From Nitrospirae bacterium MYbin3 (GTDB taxonomy: Bacteria > Nitrospirota > Thermodesulfovibrionia > Thermodesulfovibrionales > Dissulfurispiraceae), in NCBI GenBank assembly GCA_002753335.1, contig PEAD01000009.1, forward strand, positions 1-64,000: DNA of 64,000 bases. Reading direction: 5' to 3'. Positions 50,217 to 58,800 of the stretch are shown one piece after another. The notes below the pieces were generated by a model. That model was not told the DNA's origin. It was given only the letters and a program-made list of their open reading frames with translations, and did not search any database. Each line of letters begins with the position of its first letter. Positions within the stretch are counted from its first letter, which is position 1. The position numbers were made by a program, and so were the translations under genes.

Positions 50217-51323
50217 TCATTCCTGTTTAAGAAGCGACTCAAGGGGTTTGTGTCCGAATGTGTTTCTTTTTGACTGAACTGACACCCATTGACGTAATTT
50301 GTTCATAGCCATACCGCTTTTTATTGCATCTCGTGATAGCTGAACTCCATCTTTAATGCTGTCGCATTTTCCGGCCACATATAAAATAGCGCCTGCGTTC
50401 AGGCTAACAAAATCTACACATGCTTCATGCCCATTACCGGATAGCACCGAAAGAAACTTTTTAGATTCCTTCTTGATGCTTCCAGAAAAAGCGATCTCAG
50501 AAAACTTGAAGGTCTTGATTCCTGCATTTTCAGGCACAAAAGAGTAATTTTTTACCTTGTCTTCAGAAAATTCATAAATAATGGTTTCACCGCACGGTGA
50601 GATCTCGTCCATGCCCAACCCTGAATCACTATCAATGCCATAAACAACCATTCCTTTTTTGTATCCGATTTTCTGCATAACCTCAACTACGCTTTGCATA
50701 ATAGAATCAGCGTAAACTCCACGCAGCCCAAGCGTTGGGCGTGCGGGATTTGCAAGGGAGGCGGCAATGTTCAAGGTAGAGCCGAAGCGTATCTGGCTCA
50801 GTATCCTGCCGAGCGCTCCAGGATGGACATTCGAGCTCATGCCATTAAACAGGCCAATGCCAACTTCTTTAATGCTGTTCTCAACAACACTGACTTCACA
50901 TTCAACATCGACCCCCACTGATTCAAGCATATCCACTGTGCCGCATTTCGAAGTAAGCGCTCTTGCGCCATGCCTTGCCATAGGAACACCGCATGCAGCG
51001 GCTACTATTGCTGATGCGCTGCTGACATTAAAGGTCTTTAATTTGTCCATGCCTGTGCCGGAGTTATCAAATAGTCCAGATGGAAGATCGCCGTTTGTGT
51101 GAATCGTATCAATCTCATCAATGGCCTTCCATGCCCCAACTATCTCATCTACGGTCTCCCCTTTGGCTGCAAGCGCAGCAAGAAAAGCACCCTGCTGAAG
51201 ATCAGGCTGGACATTCTCAAGCACCTGCTTGAACATATGGTATGTTTCTTCGCCGCTTAAATCTTCCCCTTGTATGAGTCTTTGAACCCCCCGACCAAAA
51301 TCAGCAATTGCAGTTGTGTTCAT
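50217..51323 (-). CDS. Divergent anthranilate phosphoribosyltransferase (TrpD)-like protein
   Basis: GAFLAALAAKGET..EI.G, DNSGTGMD..TFNVSS, RHGA, GMDEIS, NAGA; no trp genes nearby. Confidence 0.85.
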   Translation of the reverse strand: MNTTAIADFGRGVQRLIQGEDLSGEETYHMFKQVLENVQPDLQQGAFLAALAAKGETVDEIVGAWKAIDEIDTIHTNGDLPSGLFDNSGTGMDKLKTFNVSSASAIVAAACGVPMARHGARALTSKCGTVDMLESVGVDVECEVSVVENSIKEVGIGLFNGMSSNVHPGALGRILSQIRFGSTLNIAASLANPARPTLGLRGVYADSIMQSVVEVMQKIGYKKGMVVYGIDSDSGLGMDEISPCGETIIYEFSEDKVKNYSFVPENAGIKTFKFSEIAFSGSIKKESKKFLSVLSGNGHEACVDFVSLNAGAILYVAGKCDSIKDGVQLSRDAIKSGMAMNKLRQWVSVQSKRNTFGHKPLESLLKQE

Positions 51324-51342
51324 CTTTTTCTCCTGTATGAAA

Positions 51343-52308
51343 TTATGGGTAAAGCAGTATTTTCATGCCTTCGCGGCGTTCTACCAAACAAAGGGCTGCT
51401 TCAAGCTCGGCAAGCGGCATTTTATGAGAGATCATATCTTTTACCTCCACTTGCCCTGCAGCTATCATTTTTAGGGCCGTAACCCCGTGGCGGTAACTGC
51501 ATCCATACGCCCCAACTATGGTCTGTTCAACATAATGCAGGTGATTGAAGTCCACTAAGATCGATGAATCGTTTTTCGCAAGGCCAGAAAAGACAACAAG
51601 CTTGCCACGAGGACCAAGCCCTCCGATAGCCTCAAGGTAAGCATCTTTGTCTCCAACCGCAACAAACGCTGCATCAAGATCATTGCAATTAAGTTTTTCA
51701 TGTCCCTCGGCAACAAGTCTTCTGCGCAGGTCTTTCTCTATAATTACAGTTTTTGCTCCAAGAGCTTTTGACGCACGACTTAATAGGGTACCTGCTGGTC
51801 CTGCTCCCCATATGCCGACCTTATCACCTTCTTTTATAGCTGCAAGCTCTATGGCATTCAGACAACATGAAAGAGGCTCTGTAAGGATGGCTTCATCATC
51901 CGAAATCTCAGGTGGGACAATATTCAGACTTTGAAGAGGTGCAACTACGTATTCTGCGAATCCCCCATCGCGATGGAAACCCATGATCTTCATGCTAATA
52001 CAAAGGTTGCCTGCTCCATTTTTGCATTGCTTGCATGCTCCGCAGCTTATTCCCGGATAGATGTAAACCCTTTGTCCTATCTTAATATCCGAAGTTTCAC
52101 TGCCAAGTGCCACCACCGTTCCTATGACCTCTTCCCCCGGCACTCTTGGAAGAGTCAAGTCTCTATGCCCAACCCTGATAATTTTAAGGTCAGTTCTGCA
52201 AAGCCCTGTCACCGTGACTTTAACAAGAGCCTCACCTATTGCCGGAGTGGGCATGGCAATATTCCCATAGATAAATGAACCAATGTTCTCAATCCAGACA
52301 GCTTTCAA
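51343..52308 (-). CDS. Zinc-dependent medium-chain dehydrogenase (threonine/iditol dehydrogenase-like)
   Basis: GLCRTD, CGACKQC..C structural Zn, EPLSC, GAGPAG; TTG start 52308 after GGAGG (the ORF-track extension runs into the attenuator). Confidence 0.88.
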   Translation of the reverse strand: MKAVWIENIGSFIYGNIAMPTPAIGEALVKVTVTGLCRTDLKIIRVGHRDLTLPRVPGEEVIGTVVALGSETSDIKIGQRVYIYPGISCGACKQCKNGAGNLCISMKIMGFHRDGGFAEYVVAPLQSLNIVPPEISDDEAILTEPLSCCLNAIELAAIKEGDKVGIWGAGPAGTLLSRASKALGAKTVIIEKDLRRRLVAEGHEKLNCNDLDAAFVAVGDKDAYLEAIGGLGPRGKLVVFSGLAKNDSSILVDFNHLHYVEQTIVGAYGCSYRHGVTALKMIAAGQVEVKDMISHKMPLAELEAALCLVERREGMKILLYP

Positions 52309-52320
52309 CTGTTCACCTCC

Positions 52321-52369
52321 AAATAAAAAAAGAGGTCCAATGGAAGGTATGCTTCCACAGGACCTCTTT
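52321..52369 (-). terminator. Riboswitch-associated intrinsic terminator (attenuator)
   Basis: AAAGAGGTCC..TGGAAG-CATAC-CTTCCA..GGACCTCTTT followed by a U-tract, directly before the RBS. Confidence 0.85.
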
Positions 52370-52394
52370 ACCATCGAGTGTCGTATTTATGCTT

Positions 52395-52551
52395 GTCTCA
52401 GCACGTCTTCTGGCTCTCGGGTCAACCACTTTCGACTGCGCCTTCCCAGCAGATTGATTTCTGCCAGTGGCCTCTATAGTAGAGCAGTCAGTGTACCGAT
52501 TACAGCGGCGGGACCGCCACGGATTTAAACCGTGTTCCGTATTGCTAAGAC
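52395..52551 (-). ncRNA. Cobalamin riboswitch aptamer
   Basis: Minus strand: ATACGGAA-CACGG-TTTAAAT-CCGTG-GCGGTCCCGCCGCTGTAA ... GCCACTG ... GGGAAGG ... AGCCAGAAGACGTGC; closing stem GTCTTAGCA/TGCTGAGAC. Confidence 0.93.
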
Positions 52552-52557
52552 GGTTTA

Positions 52558-52586
52558 ATTATATGAATAGAAAAAAGTTATGTCAA
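52558..52586 (-). promoter_or_regulatory. Consensus sigma70 promoter driving the riboswitch leader
   Basis: TTGACA-17nt-TATAAT with predicted +1 at the 5' end of the aptamer. Confidence 0.85.
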
Positions 52587-52619
52587 CAATTCGAACACAA
52601 TTCGAACACAATTTCGAAT
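52586..52619. repeat. Three tandem ~11-bp direct repeats abutting the -35 box
   Basis: ACAATTCGAAC ACAATTCGAAC ACAATTTCGAAT. Confidence 0.8.
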
Positions 52620-52713
52620 GCATGGATGGGGCTGAAAAACAAGTCCATGTCATTTATTCCGAATAGAAACTTTGACTTTTGCTAATATCAATAAATATGA
52701 ATACTTCAGTCAA

Positions 52714-53490
52714 CTATCTATTAACGCTCAACCATATTCGTCCTTTTGTTTTGTGAACATTGACCGGCATCTCGAAAAAATCGGATAAGGTTTCGGTCGT
52801 AATAAGGCTTTCCCTTTTGCCGGCAGCATATATCTCTCCTTTTCTAAGTAAGAGCAGATGGCTGAATGAAGGGATTATCTCTTCTATATGATGCGATACA
52901 TAAAGAATAGAAGGGACAAACGATTTTGTTGCTAAATGTTCAATTGTCGATAGCAGATGTTCCCTTGATACGAAATCAAGTCCGGCGCAAGGTTCATCAA
53001 GAATCAGGATATTCGGATCGCATATTAATGCCCTTGCGATAAGGATCTTTTGCTTTTCTCCCTGTGATAGAGTCCCGTATGTTTGTTCGGTAAGCTGGCT
53101 GCAGTTCATTTTTTCAAGGAGGGTCAGAGCGGATGCGATCTTTTTCTTGCCTGGGGTGTCATAGAGCCCAATTGTTGCATCATAGCCGCTCAATACTATC
53201 TCCAGAGAGGTCTCTCCAGAATAAAACCTCTGTTGCAGAGAAGCGCTTACTATTCCTATAGACTTTCTGAGATCACGGACATCACATTCACCGAAACGGC
53301 TGCCAAGGACAGATACCTCTCCGGTGGAAGGCCAGATATAGCCGCTTATCATATTGAGAAGCGATGTCTTCCCTGAACCGTTAAGACCTATTACAGCCCA
53401 GTGTTCCGCAGGCCTAACATCCCACGAGATGTTTCTTAATATGTGTTTGCCATCAATACGCCATGAGACGTTACGCATACGCATGACCAT
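52714..53490 (-). CDS. Stand-alone ABC ATP-binding protein (ModF/YlmA-like)
   Basis: GLNGSGKT, LSQGE, ILDEP, VSHH; start uncertain. Confidence 0.88.
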   Translation of the reverse strand: MVMRMRNVSWRIDGKHILRNISWDVRPAEHWAVIGLNGSGKTSLLNMISGYIWPSTGEVSVLGSRFGECDVRDLRKSIGIVSASLQQRFYSGETSLEIVLSGYDATIGLYDTPGKKKIASALTLLEKMNCSQLTEQTYGTLSQGEKQKILIARALICDPNILILDEPCAGLDFVSREHLLSTIEHLATKSFVPSILYVSHHIEEIIPSFSHLLLLRKGEIYAAGKRESLITTETLSDFFEMPVNVHKTKGRIWLSVNR

Positions 53491-53622
53491 AACAGTAATA
53501 GAATCCTCCCGAATATGATTGAAGCCTAAAATAAAATATTCAGTCAGCACAGTGCAAATATTCCTGACAAAAACATGATAGAATTTAAATAAAGCCAACA
53601 TAATGGCAGGAGGTCTATTGTT

Positions 53623-54243
53623 ATGAACGAAACATGTTGCAGAGAGTTAAAGGTAGGTCAGGTCGTCCCGGAGTTCAAGATTGAAGCATATGACCCGTTA
53701 AAAGGAGATTTCAGGGAAATAAGCAGCGAATCTCTTAAAGCAAGCGGAAAATGGATCATACTTTTCTTTTTCCCTGCAGCATTCACCTTTGTCTGAGCTA
53801 CGGAATTTGCTGCTCTGGGAGAGCAGTATGACAGATTCAAAAAGATGGGGGCCGAAGTAATTACTGTAAGCACCGATACAAAGTATGTTCAGCTTGCGTG
53901 GCAACGGGAAGAGAAAATGCTAAAGGATGTCAAATATCCTATGGGCTCTGATCCATCAGGTAAGCTTTCAAAGCTGTTCGGCGTGTATGATGAGGAAAAA
54001 GGGCTTGATTTGAGAGGGACTTTTATAATCAGTCCGGCAGGCATAATATTAAATGCCGAGGTCAACTTTTACAACATGGGCAGAAATATCGAGGAGCTCA
54101 TGAGAAAATTCAAAGCAAATCTGCATATGTCAAAAAAGACTCACGAAGTCTGCCCATCCAAATGGAAGGAAGAGGGGGACCAAACCCTTTCTCCAACTCC
54201 CCAGATGGCAGGGAAAGTGCACGAGGCCCTCGAAAAGAAATAA
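53623..54243 (+). CDS. Selenocysteine-containing peroxiredoxin (AhpC/Prx1-like; PrxU type)
   Basis: AGGAGG RBS, ATG 53623; in-frame TGA 53794-53796 at the peroxidatic position (FTFV-U-ATE); continues in frame to resolving EVCP; 206 aa. Confidence 0.92.
53808..53828 (+). promoter_or_regulatory. Bacterial SECIS-like hairpin
   Basis: TGCTGCTCT-GGG-AGAGCAGTA stem-loop starting 11 nt after the UGA, G-rich apical loop. Confidence 0.75.
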
Positions 54244-54367
54244 TGTATTGAGATGTATGAGGCTATAGCAAGGGTAATAAGTGCTCAGGGCATATACCGG
54301 ATTTTAACTTCGTACACATAGAGCATGTATCTTAATAGAGCCTAAGAATTTCATGTGGAATTGAGTT

Positions 54368-56470
54368 ATGGCTATCGAAACTCCAGATAAAGACAAACAG
54401 CATAACCGCCTAATAAACGAAAAGAGCCCTTATCTGCTGCAGCACGCAGCAAACCCTGTGGACTGGTATCCATGGGGAGATGAGGCCTTTGACAAAGCGG
54501 GACAGGAAAACAAGCCTGTCTTCCTGTCCATCGGATATTCAACCTGCCACTGGTGTCATGTGATGGAAAGGGAGTCGTTTGAGGACCGGGAAGTTGCCGG
54601 GCTAATGAACGAGACTTTTGTCTCGATCAAGGTGGACAGGGAAGAGAGGCCTGACATAGATCATGTATACATGGAAGTCTGCCAGATGATGTCCGAAAGC
54701 TGCGGGTGGCCCTTGACTATAATGATGATGCCGGACAAAAGACCGTTCTTTGCAGGAACCTATATACCCAAAGAAAACAGGTTCGGTCGTATTGGCATGC
54801 TCGAACTGGTGCCGCGCATCAAAGAGGCCTGGCAAAAGAATCACGACAATGTGCTGACGATCGCAGCGCAGATAACCGGAAAATTAAACAAAGAGGCGGC
54901 GTTTCCATCCGACACAGGGCCTGCTGAAACACTGCTGAATACAACATTCGATGAGCTTGCCGGCCAGTTTGACGAACAGAACGGCGGATTCGGCGGCGCA
55001 CCTAAATTCCCCACCCCGCACAGACTGCTTTACCTGCTGCGCTTCTGGAAAAGAACCGGCAGCGCCGAGTCCCTCGAAATGGTAGAGAAGACCTTGCGGG
55101 GAATGAGGAACGGCGGCATGTATGACCATGTCGGATACGGGTTTCACCGGTATTCCACTGACGATATATGGCTTCTCCCGCACTTTGAAAAGATGCTATA
55201 TGACCAGGCCCTTCTTGCTATGGCATATACAGAGGCTTACCAGGCTACAGGCAGGAAAGAATACAAAAAGACAGCAGAAGAGATCCTTGCATATGTCCAA
55301 CGGGACATGACCTCTTCATCAGGTGGTTTTTATTCGGCAGAGGATGCCGACAGCGAGGGGGAGGAAGGAAAGTTTTATACATGGACAATTGAAGAAATAA
55401 GGGAGATACTCGGCACAGAGGCAGATCTTTTTATAAAGGCCTCACGTATCGAAAAACAAGGGAACTTTGCTGAACAGGCAACAGGAGAAAAGACCGGAGA
55501 AAATATCTTTCATATAAGCAAGCCAATAGAAGAACTTGCAGCTGAATTAAAGATCTCTGAAGCAGAACTCAAAAACAGGCTTGAAGATGTGAGGCAGAAA
55601 CTTTTTAGCGTAAGGCAAAAGAGGATTCACCCGCATAAAGACGACAAGATACTGACCGACTGGAACGGTCTTATGATAGCCGCTTTTGCCAAGGCTGGAG
55701 CTGCCTTTGATCAGCCTGAGCTTATCTGGGTTGCCAAAGCAGCAGCCGATTTTATCCTTGCAAACCTAAGAAGAGATGATGGACGGCTTCTGCACAGATA
55801 CAGAGACGGGGAGGCGGCTGTTCTTGCAAATGCAAATGATTACGCCTTTATGATATGGGGACTGATCGAAATTTACGAGGCGTCGTTTGATATAAAATAT
55901 CTGAAAGATGCCCTTGATCTGAACAGCGATATGCTTAAATATTTCTGGGACGACAAAACAGGAGGTTTCTTTTTTACCGCCTCCGACGCTGAAAGCCTGC
56001 TTGTCCGCAAAAAAGAGCTTTACGATGGAGCAACTCCTTCAGGAAATTCGATGGCAATGCTCAATTTCCTGAGGTTGGGAAGATTGACCGGAAACGCTTC
56101 CCTTGAAAACAGGGCCGATCAGATAGGCAAGGCTTTTATCAATCAAGTAAAGGGAATTCCTTCCGCTTATACTCAATTCATGTGCGCCGTTGATTTCGCA
56201 CTTGGCAGTCCCTTGGAAGTTGTAATTTCAGGGGACACCGGCGCTGATGATACAAGATTCATGCTCAATGCATTATTGTCAAAATTCCTGCCTAATGCCG
56301 TGTTTATCCTCAGGCCGACCGAACAGACATCTCCTGAAATCCTTGGCCTTGCCGGATTCACAGAGCATCAAACAGCAATACAAGGCAAAGCAACCGCATA
56401 TGTCTGCCGCAATTACGCCTGCGCTTCTCCGACAACTAATCCGGAAGAGATGCTGAAATTATTGCAATAG
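54368..56470 (+). CDS. YyaL/SSP411-like thioredoxin-domain protein (DUF255 plus six-hairpin fold)
   Basis: [49 protein letters not shown]. Confidence 0.93.
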   Translation: MAIETPDKDKQHNRLINEKSPYLLQHAANPVDWYPWGDEAFDKAGQENKPVFLSIGYSTCHWCHVMERESFEDREVAGLMNETFVSIKVDREERPDIDHVYMEVCQMMSESCGWPLTIMMMPDKRPFFAGTYIPKENRFGRIGMLELVPRIKEAWQKNHDNVLTIAAQITGKLNKEAAFPSDTGPAETLLNTTFDELAGQFDEQNGGFGGAPKFPTPHRLLYLLRFWKRTGSAESLEMVEKTLRGMRNGGMYDHVGYGFHRYSTDDIWLLPHFEKMLYDQALLAMAYTEAYQATGRKEYKKTAEEILAYVQRDMTSSSGGFYSAEDADSEGEEGKFYTWTIEEIREILGTEADLFIKASRIEKQGNFAEQATGEKTGENIFHISKPIEELAAELKISEAELKNRLEDVRQKLFSVRQKRIHPHKDDKILTDWNGLMIAAFAKAGAAFDQPELIWVAKAAADFILANLRRDDGRLLHRYRDGEAAVLANANDYAFMIWGLIEIYEASFDIKYLKDALDLNSDMLKYFWDDKTGGFFFTASDAESLLVRKKELYDGATPSGNSMAMLNFLRLGRLTGNASLENRADQIGKAFINQVKGIPSAYTQFMCAVDFALGSPLEVVISGDTGADDTRFMLNALLSKFLPNAVFILRPTEQTSPEILGLAGFTEHQTAIQGKATAYVCRNYACASPTTNPEEMLKLLQ

Positions 56471-56793
56471 CACTTCAGGCGGAACTTTCTATTAAAGGAA
56501 GTTTAAGTAGAAATGTTGATAGCCAGCTATAGCTTTACCTATAACAGTATAGCAGGAAGTAGTTTTTCATGGAATCGTCTTTTGGTCATATTTTGCCTTT
56601 GAAATTTCCCAAACATTAAGTATGCGATTTTCCAAACGTTGATGTTTTTATATTAGGAATTTCCAATCTTTAACATTTTGGACTTTTTTTATCCGGCAAT
56701 ATAAATAAATATGTTAGACAAACTTTTTTTCAAACTTTAATGGTTAATGACAAAAACATATTCGGCCTGATTAATAGATCAGTCTTTTTTATT

Positions 56794-57537
56794 TTACCCG
56801 TAAAGCTTTTCGAGGAAATAAGGAAACTGAATCCGCCACCACGGCCAGTCATGGTTGACGTCATGCCCCCAGAAATCTATTATGCATGGAATATTTTTTG
56901 ACTCCAGGATTTCTTTAATCCTTGCGGTATCAGAAATCATCGGTTCTTCCCACGCTCCCTGTCCCACACAAATTACGATGGCGCTTTTCCGATATTTATC
57001 CAAATACCATTCGTCATTCAGGTTTGGGAGAAAATCGAGGGGAGAGTTGTAGTAAATATCCAAGCTGTTACCCTGATACCCATTCAGGAAAAACCTGAAG
57101 TTGTATATTCCGCTCAATGCTATGGTGCCGTTAAAAACATCAGGATGCTTGAAAAAGAACAGTACGGAATGTGAGGCGCCCATGCTGACGCCTGTGCACA
57201 TAATTTGGGCATTTGCGGCACAATGTGTCTTGATAAATGGAACAACCTCCGAGATTATATATTGGTCATAATCGTTATGACGCCGGGCTTTTTCTTCGGG
57301 CGACTTCTGTGTATTGTCCCATGATTGAGCATCAATGCTGTCAACGCAGAACAACTTTATTTTCCCTTCTCTGATAAAACGCTCGGCCGCATCCACCATC
57401 CCATTGTCTTCAAAATCATAAAATCTTCCGCTTGAGGTCGGAAAAACTATGAAGGGCTGGCCTGAATAGCCATACACCTTTATTTCCATGTCCTGCCCTA
57501 GGCTTCGGCTCCACCACTTATGATATTCAACATTCAT
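56794..57537 (-). CDS. Alpha/beta-hydrolase esterase family protein
   Basis: GVSMG nucleophile elbow, HDWPWW. Confidence 0.88.
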   Translation of the reverse strand: MNVEYHKWWSRSLGQDMEIKVYGYSGQPFIVFPTSSGRFYDFEDNGMVDAAERFIREGKIKLFCVDSIDAQSWDNTQKSPEEKARRHNDYDQYIISEVVPFIKTHCAANAQIMCTGVSMGASHSVLFFFKHPDVFNGTIALSGIYNFRFFLNGYQGNSLDIYYNSPLDFLPNLNDEWYLDKYRKSAIVICVGQGAWEEPMISDTARIKEILESKNIPCIIDFWGHDVNHDWPWWRIQFPYFLEKLYG

Positions 57538-58709
57538 CAGCTTCTATCCTCCATTGCGTGAACAACACCTATGGCCTTATGTATTTCATCAAGGTTTTGT
57601 GATCGCACAAGATATACGTAGTCACCGATTGCGGACCTGAAAACACCACTCACAGGCATATGGTTCACAATTAATCCCGATAGTTTTTCGAGCACCTGTT
57701 CATGAGAATACAGATAGTGCTTGCTATGTTTTCTTCCAATGTAGCAGCAGTGGTATTTTCTTGAATTGTCCGAATCAAATTTATTATGCACGACAACATT
57801 TGCCCATTGCTGGTAGATATTCAGATCATTGGCATAGTTGAACATATCTGTTGTATAGCCTCCGGGAGGTCTCATATTGGCTTCAAGCGCGACTATACTC
57901 CCCTCCTTATGCGTTCTGAAAAATTCTATATGGAAAAATCTTTCTTTTATTCCGAAAGATTTAACCGAGTTTCTACCTGCCTCTTCGAGATCTTTCGGCA
58001 GTTCGCGGTAGGAGTAATAGTAGATATGCGTGTCATCGTTCACGGTTTCCATAATACCCTGCATATATGAGTGGCCTGTATAGAAAACTATATTTCCATC
58101 CCTGTCGGTCAACCCGTCAAAGCTTGATATGTCACCAGAAATGAATTCTTCAAAAATATATTCTGCGGACGGTTTATGCGCAAAAAAATCTTTCAGCTCT
58201 TTGTCGTCTTTTATCTTATAGGTGTTCAGCGCCCCCACACCTCTGTCCGGTTTTGCCACAACAGGATAGCCGACTTCAGCCACAAACGATTTAGCGGTTT
58301 TAATATCGTTAATTACCGTGCCCTTTGCAACCGGCACGCCTGCATCGATAAATTTCTGCTTCATTAATGATTTGCGTTTTATGACATCAATGCCGTCGGT
58401 TTTTATTCCGAACATATTAAAGTCGGTGCGTATTTTGGCTTCGAGGTCAAGCCAGTATTCGTTAAATGAATCTATCCTGTCTATTTTGCCGTGCTTGTGT
58501 GTAAGGTAGGCAACTGCCCTAAGAATCTGCTCATAATCCTCCATATTATCGACTTTGTAATACTCGGATATTGCCCATTTAAGTTCATCGCGCAAATTTT
58601 CATACGGCTCATCGCCTATGCCTAAAACATTAGCTCCGGCATTTTTAAGCCCAACGCTGAAAAGATAATAATTGTCCGGAAAGTGTGGAGAAAAATGTAT
58701 TATATTCAT
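57537..58709 (-). CDS. ATP-grasp domain protein
   Basis: SPHFP, KPDRGVGA, EEFISG, HIEFF, EANMRPPG. Confidence 0.88.
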   Translation of the reverse strand: MNIIHFSPHFPDNYYLFSVGLKNAGANVLGIGDEPYENLRDELKWAISEYYKVDNMEDYEQILRAVAYLTHKHGKIDRIDSFNEYWLDLEAKIRTDFNMFGIKTDGIDVIKRKSLMKQKFIDAGVPVAKGTVINDIKTAKSFVAEVGYPVVAKPDRGVGALNTYKIKDDKELKDFFAHKPSAEYIFEEFISGDISSFDGLTDRDGNIVFYTGHSYMQGIMETVNDDTHIYYYSYRELPKDLEEAGRNSVKSFGIKERFFHIEFFRTHKEGSIVALEANMRPPGGYTTDMFNYANDLNIYQQWANVVVHNKFDSDNSRKYHCCYIGRKHSKHYLYSHEQVLEKLSGLIVNHMPVSGVFRSAIGDYVYLVRSQNLDEIHKAIGVVHAMEDRS

Positions 58710-58800
58710 GAAAGATATATTAGCATTTTGAGGGCTGTTCTAAGCAAAAGCATGTCTTACTAGCTTTGCAGATACCACGCTTTATCGTTTATAGTTATCT

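Noticed and set aside
50217..51323. Assigning the symbol trpD
   Set aside because: Acceptor-site motifs diverge, no trp genes are nearby, and the gene sits under a cobalamin riboswitch
52309..52374. N-terminal extension of the dehydrogenase in the ORF track
   Set aside because: It runs through the attenuator hairpin; the GGAGG RBS points to TTG 52308
52586..52619. CRISPR array
   Set aside because: 11-bp tandem units without spacers; no cas genes or spaced repeats seen anywhere in the window
52275..52685. Short plus-strand ORFs over the riboswitch
   Set aside because: No protein features; the region is explained by promoter, aptamer and terminator on the minus strand
53845..54243. 132-aa ORF as a complete gene, or a peroxiredoxin pseudogene
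   Set aside because: It is the 3' part of a UGA-recoded selenoprotein starting at 53623
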